Positions 39,234-48,313 of a DNA stretch of 64,000 bases are shown here, in pieces. Under the pieces are notes generated by a model. It ran no database searches. It had not been told where the DNA came from and saw only the letters and a program-made list of their open reading frames with translations. Source of the stretch: an uncultured Clostridia bacterium (GTDB taxonomy: Bacteria; Bacillota; Clostridia; TANB77; CAG-508); NCBI GenBank assembly GCA_944392455.1, contig CALXWP010000006.1:3133-67132 (forward strand), in the 5' to 3' direction. The position numbers and the translations under genes were made by a program. Within the stretch, counting starts at the first letter, position 1; each line of letters starts with the position of its first letter.

Positions 39234-39551
39234 ATGCAAAAGAATCAAAAAGGTATTACATTAGTTGCATTAGTTGTAGTAATTGTTTTATTAATAGTAT
39301 TAGTTACTTTAGCTATATCATTTGCTTTTGGAAATAATGGTTGGGGATCATCATCAAATGATGAAAGTTATGCTGCAAACGTAGAATACAAATTAGATGA
39401 ATTTATGAATGAAACAGAAGTAAAATTACAACAAATACAAGAAAATGTTACAGCTCAACAAAATGTAGTAACTGAAACAACAAATACATTAGAACAAAAT
39501 CAAGCAAATGTACTTAATGATGTAAATGAAGTAGTAGAAGGTATACAATAA
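39234..39551 (+). CDS. Pilin/pseudopilin-like protein with an atypical prepilin N-terminus (no Glu at +5)
   Basis: MQKNQKG|ITLVALVVVIVLLIV... basic leader ending in Gly, then a hydrophobic helix; RBS aaggagga. Confidence 0.5.
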   Translation: MQKNQKGITLVALVVVIVLLIVLVTLAISFAFGNNGWGSSSNDESYAANVEYKLDEFMNETEVKLQQIQENVTAQQNVVTETTNTLEQNQANVLNDVNEVVEGIQ

Positions 39552-39571
39552 TTTAAAATTATTTTAATAAA

Positions 39572-39622
39572 AGAGGATATACTATATAATTTTAAATGTT
39601 ATTTAAGTATATCCTCTGTTTT
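39572..39622 (+). terminator. Terminator after the pilin gene
   Basis: agaggatatact...agtatatcctct + gtttt. Confidence 0.75.
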
Positions 39623-39638
39623 AAAGTAAGGAGTAAAT

Positions 39639-40466
39639 ATGGACTATATTTTATATATATTAATATTTTTTATTGGAGCTTTATGTGGGAGTTTTATAAC
39701 ACTTGCTGTTTATAGAATTCCATTAAAACAAGATATAACACACACTCACTCATATTGTCCTCAATGCAATCATAAATTAGGATTTTTTGATTTAATACCT
39801 ATATTTAGTTATATATTTTTAAGAGGAAGATGTAGATATTGCAAAAAAAAGATAAAACCTACTAGTTTTCTTATAGAAATTTTAACTGGAGTAATATTTG
39901 TTTTATTTGCAGCTTCTATAAAATTAAGTTTATTTACTACAAGTCTATCAACTCTTATATATTTTATAATAGGGTTAATTTATATAACTATACTATTAAT
40001 TATATTAGGTATAGATAAGAAATATATTAAAGTAGATAAATCAGCACTTATAATAGGTTTTATTTGTGTTACAGCATATTTAATTTATTTATATATAACT
40101 GAAAGACCAATAGATATTAGTATGTATAGATATGTAATATATCTTGTTATAGCATGTTTCTTAGTTCTATTTAGTGTTATATATTTAAAGAAAAAAGGAA
40201 AAGATAGTTATACAATAGATGTTTTAATGTTATCTATATTTATGATATTATATACATATGAAGCTGTATATATTTATACTGTAATGATTACACTTATTGC
40301 TGTTGCACTTCAATTGATTATAAATAATATATTAAAAAGAAAGAAAAATAGTAAATATGTAAAAGGAATAAAAATAGAAAATGCAAAAATACCAATTGTA
40401 TTTTATATGGGAGTTGCTAATTTAATAGCACTATTAATTACTAATTTCACTATATTTTACATATAA
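39639..40466 (+). CDS. pilD: Prepilin peptidase (A24 family)
   Basis: N-terminal CPQCNH...CRYCKKKI zinc-binding tetracysteine followed by a polytopic membrane domain. Confidence 0.85.
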   Translation: MDYILYILIFFIGALCGSFITLAVYRIPLKQDITHTHSYCPQCNHKLGFFDLIPIFSYIFLRGRCRYCKKKIKPTSFLIEILTGVIFVLFAASIKLSLFTTSLSTLIYFIIGLIYITILLIILGIDKKYIKVDKSALIIGFICVTAYLIYLYITERPIDISMYRYVIYLVIACFLVLFSVIYLKKKGKDSYTIDVLMLSIFMILYTYEAVYIYTVMITLIAVALQLIINNILKRKKNSKYVKGIKIENAKIPIVFYMGVANLIALLITNFTIFYI

Positions 40467-40541
40467 AAATTAAGTAAAACTATTCAAACGAAGATTGTTA
40501 TGATATAATTTGTTTGAATAGTTTTTTTATGGAGGAAGAGT

Positions 40542-41423
40542 ATGAAAATTGGAATTGATATAGGTGGAAGTCATATTGGAATTGGCCTATTAAATGATGA
40601 AAATAAAATTATAAAAAAGATAGAAAAAGATATAACATATGAAAAAGAAGTTGAAAAAAGAGTAATAGATTACTTAGAAAAAAATATAGATGATTTAAAA
40701 AAAGAAAATGATGTAAAATTAATAGGTATAGTAACACCAGGTAATATAAAAGATAATATAATTACAAATTTAGTTAATTTAGGTTTAGATAAATTAGATC
40801 TAAACTGTATTATAAATAAATATAAAGATATTCCAATAAAAATAAAAAACGATTCGAAGGCTGCAGCTTTGGCTGAAAATGAATATGGTGCACTAAGAGA
40901 ATATAAAGATTCAGTATTTTTATGTTTAGGAACAGGAATAGGTTCAGCAGTGTTTATGAATAAAAGACTATTAATTGCTAATAGAAATACAGGTTTTGAA
41001 TTAGGACATATGATAATTAAGAGAGGCGGAATTAAGTGTAATTGTGGTAAAGATGGATGCTTTGAAACATATTGCTCTATAAAAAGATTTAAAGAAAAAA
41101 TAAAAGAGATTTTAGAGATAGATAATTGTTCTTCAGAAGAGCTATTAAGAATAATAGAGAAAGAAAGTAATAATAAGAAAGTAAAAGAGGTTATAGATGA
41201 ATATATAGAGAATTTAATAGTAGGATTGTCAAATATAATAGATATATTTGAACCAGAAGCTATATGTTTAGGTGGAAGTTTTGTGTTTTTCAAAGATATT
41301 TTCTATAACAGATTAGTTTCTGAAATGGATAAAAGAAGATATGTTTTTAACAAAGATAGTATTCCAGAAATAGTTTTAGCAACATTAAAAAATGATGCTG
41401 GAATTATTGGTGCAGTATTATAA
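40542..41423 (+). CDS. glcK: ROK-family sugar kinase (glucokinase-like)
   Basis: MKIGIDIGGSHIGIG; CNCGKDGCFETYCS zinc motif of ROK kinases. Confidence 0.85.
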   Translation: MKIGIDIGGSHIGIGLLNDENKIIKKIEKDITYEKEVEKRVIDYLEKNIDDLKKENDVKLIGIVTPGNIKDNIITNLVNLGLDKLDLNCIINKYKDIPIKIKNDSKAAALAENEYGALREYKDSVFLCLGTGIGSAVFMNKRLLIANRNTGFELGHMIIKRGGIKCNCGKDGCFETYCSIKRFKEKIKEILEIDNCSSEELLRIIEKESNNKKVKEVIDEYIENLIVGLSNIIDIFEPEAICLGGSFVFFKDIFYNRLVSEMDKRRYVFNKDSIPEIVLATLKNDAGIIGAVL

Positions 41424-41593
41424 TAAATTTAATTAATTTGACAAAACGAGCAAAAAATAGTATAATAATTTACAGTTGTTACCAAAATGAGGTAAAGAAG
41501 AGATTTATATAGTATTTATAAGATAGATAATTAATAAATTATAATATTGTAAATTATTGAACGGATAAAATTAAATAATTAAAATATAGAGAT

Positions 41594-41748
41594 ATGCTTA
41601 TAGGGCGGAAATTTAATTTAAGCATGTTATATATTTATAAATTAAGTTTTTGTATTAATATAATTAAAAAAGAGATATGTATGTATCTCTTGGTGTTATA
41701 TGTGATTTTATGTGTGAGTAGTTTATAATATTATAAACTACTTTTTAT
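41594..41748 (+). promoter_or_regulatory. Structured leader of rnj: three hairpins, the last a perfect terminator-like hairpin ~65 nt upstream of the start codon (possible attenuator)
   Basis: atgcttata..taagcat; agagatatgtatgtatctct; agtagtttata atat tataaactact + ttttatttg. Confidence 0.4.
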
Positions 41749-41814
41749 TTGTATATTTTGTATATAATGTATAAATTAATAAATAATATAATAGAAAAGG
41801 AGAGATATAATTTA

Positions 41815-43713
41815 ATGGAAAAAAACCAAACTGTAGAAGAGAATACTTTGAAAAGAGTAGAGAAAACAATTAAAAGAAAAAATCCAAAAAATAATAACAA
41901 AAGAGAACCAGTTAAACAAAATCAAAATGAAGAAATAAGAGAAAGTAAAAATGTAGTAAAAAAAGAAACAAAAAAGGAAGGAAGAATTGCTAAAGATAGT
42001 ATAGAGAAAAGAGAAAATGAGAATAAAAAAAGAAATACACCAAAGTTTGAATTCAAAAAAGATAATTTAAAAATAATTCCTTTAGGTGGTTTAGATGAAA
42101 TAGGAAAAAATATTACAGTATTTGAATATGGAAATGAAATTGTATTAGTAGACTGTGGATTGGAGTTTCCTGAAGATGATATGCTAGGTATAGATTTAGT
42201 TATACCGGATGTAACATATTTAGAAAAAAATAAAGATAAAATAAAAGGTTTAGTTGTAACTCATGGTCATGAAGATCATATTGGTGCAATCCCATATGTG
42301 TTAAAACAAATAAATATTCCAATATATGCAACTAGGTTAACTATAGGATTAATAAAAAACAAGTTGGAAGAACATAAATTACTTTCATCTACAAAATTAG
42401 TAACAGTTGAACAAGGACAAACTATTAATTTTGGGAATATAAAAGTGGAATTTATTAGAAGTAGCCATAGCATACCAGACTCAGTAATGCTTGCTATACA
42501 CACACCAGTTGGTGTTGTACTACACACAGGAGATTTTAAAGTAGACTTTACACCTATTGATGATAAAATAATGGACTTTGGTAGAATTGCTGAACTTGGA
42601 AATAAAGGAATTCTTGCATTAATGTCAGATAGTACAAACTCTGAAAGAAAAGGTTATACTATGTCAGAGAGAACAATTGGTGATGTATTTGATAGATTAT
42701 TTCAAAATAATCAAAAAAGAATAGTGGTAGCAACTTTTGCTTCTAATGTACACAGAGTACAACAAATTGTTAATTCTGCTAAGAAATATGGTAGAAAGAT
42801 TGCAGTTTGTGGAAGAAGCATGATAAATATGATTGAAACAGCTAGAGAAATTGGATACATTGATGCACCAGAAAATATGTTTATAGACATAGATATGATA
42901 AAAAATTATACAGATGATCAATTAGTAATAATAACAACAGGTAGTCAAGGAGAAACAATGTCTGCATTAACAAGAATGGCATCAGGAGAACATAAAAAAG
43001 TAGTTATTACTCCTAATGATATGGTAATAATTTCTGCTACTCCAATACCAGGAAATGAAAAATTAGTATCTAATGTAATAAATGATTTAATGCAAATTGG
43101 TGCAGAAGTTATATATAGTGCTTTGGAAAATGTTCATGTATCAGGACATGCTTGCCAAGAAGAACAAAAATTAATTTTATCTTTAGCTAAGCCAAAATAC
43201 TTTATACCAGTTCATGGTGAATATAGGCAATTAAGAGCACATGCAGAAACAGGTAAAATAATGGGAATACCACCAGAAAATATATTTATTTTAGAAAATG
43301 GTAAAACATTGGAGTTAAATAAAAAAGAAGCTAAAATAACAACATCAGTACCATGTGGAAAAATATTAGTAGACGGTCTTGGAGTTGGAGATGTTGGAAA
43401 TATAGTTCTTCGTGATAGACAACATTTATCACAAGATGGTTTAATTGTAATTGTAATGACAATGGATGGAAGCACAGGAGAAATTGTTTCAGGACCAGAT
43501 GTAGTATCAAGAGGGTTTGTTTATGTAAGAGAATCTGAAACTTTAATGGATGATGTAAAGAAAGTCATAAATGAAGAAGTAAAAGGATTTGAGGAAGATG
43601 GAATAAGGGATTGGTCTACAATAAAATCAACTTTAAAAGATGATTTAAGAGACTATATATTCCAAAGAACAAAACGTAACCCAATGATATTACCAATTAT
43701 AATGGAAGTATAG
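41815..43713 (+). CDS. rnj: Ribonuclease J with a ~80-aa Lys/Glu-rich N-terminal extension
   Basis: IIPLGGLDEIGKN, HGHEDHIGA beta-lactamase motif, beta-CASP and C-terminal domains; RBS aaaggagag before ATG 41815 (track ORF starts at 41749). Confidence 0.9.
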   Translation: MEKNQTVEENTLKRVEKTIKRKNPKNNNKREPVKQNQNEEIRESKNVVKKETKKEGRIAKDSIEKRENENKKRNTPKFEFKKDNLKIIPLGGLDEIGKNITVFEYGNEIVLVDCGLEFPEDDMLGIDLVIPDVTYLEKNKDKIKGLVVTHGHEDHIGAIPYVLKQINIPIYATRLTIGLIKNKLEEHKLLSSTKLVTVEQGQTINFGNIKVEFIRSSHSIPDSVMLAIHTPVGVVLHTGDFKVDFTPIDDKIMDFGRIAELGNKGILALMSDSTNSERKGYTMSERTIGDVFDRLFQNNQKRIVVATFASNVHRVQQIVNSAKKYGRKIAVCGRSMINMIETAREIGYIDAPENMFIDIDMIKNYTDDQLVIITTGSQGETMSALTRMASGEHKKVVITPNDMVIISATPIPGNEKLVSNVINDLMQIGAEVIYSALENVHVSGHACQEEQKLILSLAKPKYFIPVHGEYRQLRAHAETGKIMGIPPENIFILENGKTLELNKKEAKITTSVPCGKILVDGLGVGDVGNIVLRDRQHLSQDGLIVIVMTMDGSTGEIVSGPDVVSRGFVYVRESETLMDDVKKVINEEVKGFEEDGIRDWSTIKSTLKDDLRDYIFQRTKRNPMILPIIMEV

Positions 43714-43734
43714 TAAAAATATTTAATAATAAAT

Positions 43735-43770
43735 AAAGTTCAAGTTATTTCAACTTGAGCTTTTTTAATA
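43735..43770 (+). terminator. Terminator after rnj
   Basis: tcaagtt atttc aacttga + gcttttttaa. Confidence 0.7.
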
Positions 43771-43909
43771 TTATTTAAGGTATGAATTAAAAGAAAGTAA
43801 ACAGACATGAAATTGATAAATTTACATAATTATGGTATAATAACATTAATCCTATTTGGATTTATACACCACTCTCCACACTTAGAACTTAAGAAAGGAA
43901 GATGTGAAC

Positions 43910-44401
43910 ATGATCACGACTTTGGCGAGCGCAATTGCACACAGTTACATTACCGAGAACGCTGCAATCCAGCTGGATTGCACTCCGACTCCAATGAATT
44001 GGAACTTGTTCATCGTGAACAGAGATCCGATTCTGGTCAGCTCTACAAATACCAAGACAAAAGTCATTTCTGGTGCTACTACCAGGGATAAGTTCCGAAA
44101 AATGGAAGAAGAGGTAACAACCTATTCTTCCCGCGATCTTCGGGTTATCGCATCTATTTTAGATGCTGAAACCTTTAAAGCGATCTACCAAAAATGGAGG
44201 TGGCGTGACAAGGGTGAAAGCTACTGGATCAAGTGCGATGACGACAAGTACATTCAACACGACATTAACCATGAGGAGGAGTATGGAACTCGTATTATAC
44301 TTCGATTCGAAGATGTAAAAGGTATCTACATTGATACCGACGCTCGTCAGCTACGCTATGTGGACGATGAAACACGTTTGTGGATTATGAATGCACAGTG
44401 A
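43910..44401 (+). CDS. Hypothetical cytoplasmic protein (~163 aa); GC-rich CDS (~47%) (island E)
   Basis: Native AT-rich RBS aaaggaag 9 nt before ATG 43910; sharp composition shift at the start codon; the overlapping 94-aa track ORF 43807-44091 is judged spurious. Confidence 0.5.
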   Translation: MITTLASAIAHSYITENAAIQLDCTPTPMNWNLFIVNRDPILVSSTNTKTKVISGATTRDKFRKMEEEVTTYSSRDLRVIASILDAETFKAIYQKWRWRDKGESYWIKCDDDKYIQHDINHEEEYGTRIILRFEDVKGIYIDTDARQLRYVDDETRLWIMNAQ

Positions 44402-44595
44402 GTGATACAGTAAGCAGGAGGTGCTACAGCGCAAGCTATAGTACCTCCATTTTGTTCTGTAAAATATTAATTGAAAATATATAGAAATTGGAATATAAAA
44501 ATTCAGCATATTTATGAAAAAATATTTAGAAAAAATACTAATGAAAAGTCTCTTTGGTATTTAAATTTTGGAATCAATTAAAGTAAATAAAAAAA

Positions 44596-44745
44596 TTAAT
44601 CATAATCTAAAATAGAAATAGTAGCAAGAGTATCACCTAATTGAGTAAAAAATACTGACAAAATATCTAATTCTCTTTTTGTCTTATCTTGCGCAATAGC
44701 ACATGCAAGAGTAGAAATAAATGTAACAAATTCACAAGAATTCAA
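44596..44745 (-). CDS. Small hypothetical protein (49 aa, TTG start), below the ORF-track cutoff
   Basis: Strong RBS ttaggagga 7 nt before TTG; LNSCEFVTFISTLACAIAQDKTKRELDILSVFFTQLGDTLATISILDYD. Confidence 0.3.
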   Translation of the reverse strand: MNSCEFVTFISTLACAIAQDKTKRELDILSVFFTQLGDTLATISILDYD

Positions 44746-44902
44746 TTTAATTCCTCCTAATAAAATATATAATAAATTATATGCATTTAATATAAAAATA
44801 AGTTGGATTTATTAAATTTAATATATAAACTATTAATTTAAATAAAATATGGAGAGGGCAGAGCCCCCTCCTGTGCGTTTTGCAGTGAAAGATAAAACAA
44901 TT

Positions 44903-45139
44903 TTACCGATAGGCATAAATGAAATACTTGAAGAATAAATACCAACCATAGGCTCCAGACCACCAGCCAATTGTAATCAGAAGAAGTGATTTTACTTGGT
45001 TTATGAGTGGAAGACCACGCATAATGCCAAGTATGACTAAAGCGGCCATAAGCACTATCCATCCTATTAAAAACCGTTTGGTTTTAAAGGTGTATTCTTG
45101 ATTGTTGTTGGTCACTTCGTAGTTGTTTCGATTTTCCAT
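44903..45139 (-). CDS. Small membrane protein (78 aa) with two TM helices
   Basis: RBS agagagg before MENRNNYEV; hydrophobic helices; hairpin with U-tract downstream at 44852-44878. Confidence 0.45.
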   Translation of the reverse strand: MENRNNYEVTNNNQEYTFKTKRFLIGWIVLMAALVILGIMRGLPLINQVKSLLLITIGWWSGAYGWYLFFKYFIYAYR

Positions 45140-45329
45140 ATTGTTTACCTCTCTTAAAAAATATTTATTACAATTATTCATTTTACTATATTATGTGATA
45201 ATTGTCAAGAATGATGGAATACAAAGCGTTTTATATATTTTACTTGCTTTTACATAGTTAATATTGTAAATTAGTAAAAAATAGAGTATAATATACAAAG
45301 ATTTTTTTTGAGTAAAGAGAGGGAAGAAT

Positions 45330-46979
45330 ATGGATTATAAAGATTTAGCAGATTTAATATTTCCAAATGCAAAGGATATTTCATATTATGAAGAAAAATA
45401 TCCAGAAAGAAATTTACCTGAAGGAGCAGTTGTATCAAGATTTGCGCCAAGTCCTACAGGATTTGTTCATATAGGAGGATTATACCAAGCTTTAGTTTCA
45501 AAAGAAATGACTAAAAAAACTGGTGGTGTATTCTTTTTAAGGGTAGAAGATACAGATCAAAAAAGAGAAGTAGAAAATGGAGTTACAGGAATAGTAAATT
45601 CTCTAAAAGATTTTGATATGTCACCTGATGAAGGAATGATAACAGAAAATGATGAAGTAGGTAACTATGGACCATATAAACAATCTTTAAGAAAAGATAT
45701 ATATGAGGCTTATGCAAAATATTTATTATCACAAGGTAAAGCATATCCTTGTTTTTGTACATCAGAAGAAGTAGAAGAAATAAGAAAGAAACAAGAAGCA
45801 GCAAAAATAAGACCAGGATATTATGGGGTATGGGCTAAATGTAGAAATTTAACAGTTGAAGAGGCAGCTGAAAAAATAAAGAATGGTGAAAGTTATATTA
45901 TACGTTTTAAATCACCTGGAAGAGAAGATAGAAAAATTAAACATCATGATATTATAAAAGGAAATGTAGATTTTCCAGAAAATGATCAAGATATAGTAAT
46001 AATAAAAGCTGATGGACTACCAACATATCACTTTGCCCATGCAGTCGATGATCATTTAATGAGAACCACACATGTAATACGTAGTGATGAATGGCTTTCA
46101 TCTGTTCCTTTACACTTACAGTTATTCCATGAATTAGGATTTAAAGCTCCAAAATATGCTCATATAGCCCCAATAATGAAAAATGACAATGGAAACAAAC
46201 GTAAATTAAGTAAGAGAAAAGATCCAGAAGCAGCTGTAAGTTACTATAAAGAAGAGGGAATACCTACACTTGCTGTTAAAGAATATTTATTAAATATTGC
46301 AAATTCTACTTTTGAAAATTGGAGAAGAGCAAATCCAGATAAAAATATAGATGAATTTGATTTTAACCTAAATAAGATGAGTGTAAGTGGTGCTTTATTT
46401 GATATGGTAAAATTATTAGATATAGGAAAAACAGTAATATCTAAAATGAGTGCTGAAGAAGTATATAAAAACAGCTTAGAATGGGCAAATATATATGATA
46501 ATGAATTAGTTGATATGTTAGCTGATAAAGAATATTCTTTAAAAGTATTAGGAATTGAAAGAGGTAATAAAAAACCTAGAAAAGATATATCAAAATGGTC
46601 TGAAGTAAAAAATAATATCATATACATGTATGATAATAAATTCTTAGATGAAGATATTTCATATGATTATGCGAAAATAAATGATAAAGAAGAAATAAAT
46701 AAAATATTAAAATTATATATAGAAGAATACTTTGATATAGATCATGATAAGGAAACATGGTTTAATAAAATTAAAGATTTGGCAGAAAAAACAGGATATG
46801 CAAGAGAAGTTAAAGAGTTTAAGAAAGAACCTGAAAAATGGCCAGGACATGTTGGTGATATTAGCACTGTTATAAGAGTTGCATTAACAGGAAGACAAAA
46901 TACACCAGATATGTACGAAATAATGCAAGTTCTAGGAAAAGAAAGTGTAATAAATCGTTTAGAAAAAGCTATGAAATAA
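45330..46979 (+). CDS. gltX: Glutamate--tRNA ligase (long form, 549 aa), presumably non-discriminating given gatCAB
   Basis: RFAPSPTGFVHIGG (HIGH) and RKLSKRK (KMSKS) class-I motifs. Confidence 0.85.
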   Translation: MDYKDLADLIFPNAKDISYYEEKYPERNLPEGAVVSRFAPSPTGFVHIGGLYQALVSKEMTKKTGGVFFLRVEDTDQKREVENGVTGIVNSLKDFDMSPDEGMITENDEVGNYGPYKQSLRKDIYEAYAKYLLSQGKAYPCFCTSEEVEEIRKKQEAAKIRPGYYGVWAKCRNLTVEEAAEKIKNGESYIIRFKSPGREDRKIKHHDIIKGNVDFPENDQDIVIIKADGLPTYHFAHAVDDHLMRTTHVIRSDEWLSSVPLHLQLFHELGFKAPKYAHIAPIMKNDNGNKRKLSKRKDPEAAVSYYKEEGIPTLAVKEYLLNIANSTFENWRRANPDKNIDEFDFNLNKMSVSGALFDMVKLLDIGKTVISKMSAEEVYKNSLEWANIYDNELVDMLADKEYSLKVLGIERGNKKPRKDISKWSEVKNNIIYMYDNKFLDEDISYDYAKINDKEEINKILKLYIEEYFDIDHDKETWFNKIKDLAEKTGYAREVKEFKKEPEKWPGHVGDISTVIRVALTGRQNTPDMYEIMQVLGKESVINRLEKAMK

Positions 46980-47004
46980 TATATTTTAAAGGAGGGTGTA
47001 AATA

Positions 47005-47193
47005 ATGGAATATAATATAGGTGATATTGTAAGAACAAAAAAACAGCACCCTTGTGGTAGTAAATTATGGGAGATAACGAGAGTTGGAGTAGATTTTAAA
47101 CTTAAATGTTTAGGATGCGGACATACTATTATGTTAGAAAGACCAAAAGCTTTGAAGATGATTGTAAGAAAAGTGGAAAAAGAAGAGAAATAA
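47005..47193 (+). CDS. DUF951-family small protein
   Basis: MEYNIGDIVRTKKQHPCGSKLWEI...CLGCGH is the conserved Firmicute DUF951 pattern. Confidence 0.6.
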   Translation: MEYNIGDIVRTKKQHPCGSKLWEITRVGVDFKLKCLGCGHTIMLERPKALKMIVRKVEKEEK

Positions 47194-47199
47194 ATAATA

Positions 47200-47229
47200 A
47201 AAACTGCTATTAAATTAGCAGTTTTTATT
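47200..47229. terminator. Bidirectional terminator (DUF951 gene / engB)
   Basis: aaaactgcta ttaaat tagcagtttt. Confidence 0.8.
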
Positions 47230-47236
47230 ATTTGAA

Positions 47237-47818
47237 TTAAAGATATTTTTCAATTTCTTCCCAAACTCTATCAGAATAAATGCGTCTTTCTGAAGAATAA
47301 GGTAAAAACGTAAAATCTTTTAAAGGATTTAATTCATTTTGTAAATCTTTTACATATGAATCTACCTTGGTTACAGCTATCTTATCAGCTTTATTTGCAA
47401 TAATAATACATGGACTATTTGAATTTATAACATATTGATACATTAATCTATCGTTTTCAGTAGGAGAATGTCTAATATCAATTAAAAAAATAATTAAAGC
47501 AATATTTTTGCTCTTTTTTAAATACTCTTCAATAAATCCACCGACTTTAATTTGTTCTGCTTTAGACATTTTACTATATCCGTATCCGGGTAAATCTACA
47601 AAATAAAATTTATTATCCATATTATAAAAATTTATTTGTCTAGTTTTACCTGGTTCACTACTGGTTCGAGCTAATTTTTTTCTATTAATCATACTATTAA
47701 TAAAAGAGGATTTTCCAACATTTGATTTTCCTACTAAAACAATTTGAGGTAATCCATCATCAGGATATTGTTTAGGATTAACTGCAGATATTTTAAATTC
47801 TGGATTTTTAATTAGCAT
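47237..47818 (-). CDS. engB: Ribosome biogenesis GTPase YihA/EngB
   Basis: GKSNVGKSSFINS (G1), DLPGYG (G3), NKADK (G4). Confidence 0.9.
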   Translation of the reverse strand: MLIKNPEFKISAVNPKQYPDDGLPQIVLVGKSNVGKSSFINSMINRKKLARTSSEPGKTRQINFYNMDNKFYFVDLPGYGYSKMSKAEQIKVGGFIEEYLKKSKNIALIIFLIDIRHSPTENDRLMYQYVINSNSPCIIIANKADKIAVTKVDSYVKDLQNELNPLKDFTFLPYSSERRIYSDRVWEEIEKYL

Positions 47819-48012
47819 AGTTAACTCCTTTCTATATATTTCAAAAAATCATATAATAATTATTTATTTTATTCAAAAATTAAATTTAGTAAAGTAATTC
47901 TATCATAAGTTTTTTTGTTTTTCAACTTATGCAAAATTGTAAAAACTATAGAAATGTAGTATAATATAATTTAAGCAACTTGCAAATATTTAAATTAAAA
48001 GGAGAAATAACA

Positions 48013-48225
48013 GTGAAAAAAAGCAAAAAAGCAACACGGAAACCATTTGAACAGCAAATTGCAGAACTTCGCAGAGATGTAGAGAACGTGCCAACTCATG
48101 GCGATCCGTGGTTGGAAAAGATGAAAGAAGAGACTCTCCAAGACTGCGACGAGACGGAGAGAATTCACGCCGAGACGCAGAAAATTATAGCTGATGCCAG
48201 GAAAGTACTGGCTAAATACAGCTAG
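48013..48225 (+). CDS. Small hypothetical protein (~70 aa, GTG start); GC-rich (~48%) (island F)
   Basis: RBS aaaggagaaataaca GTG; VKKSKKATRKPFEQQIAELRRDVENVPTHGDPWLEKMKEETLQDCDETERIHAETQKIIADARKVLAKYS. Confidence 0.45.
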   Translation: MKKSKKATRKPFEQQIAELRRDVENVPTHGDPWLEKMKEETLQDCDETERIHAETQKIIADARKVLAKYS

Positions 48226-48234
48226 AATGACAAA

Positions 48235-48265
48235 GAGAACCATTACTTTTGAAGTAATGGTTCTC
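48235..48265. other. Perfect 13-bp-stem hairpin without a clear U-tract
   Basis: gagaaccattactt ttga agtaatggttctc. Confidence 0.5.
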
Positions 48266-48313
48266 AAATATTTATTATATAATATAATTTCAAAATTTAT
48301 GAATTAATATCTT

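Noticed and set aside
43807-44091. 94-aa ORF overlapping the island-E gene in another frame
   Set aside because: It starts in AT-rich sequence without a good RBS and overlaps the better-supported 43910-44401 frame. It is probably a by-product of the GC-rich sequence. It is kept as a caveat because which frame is coding could not be settled by eye.
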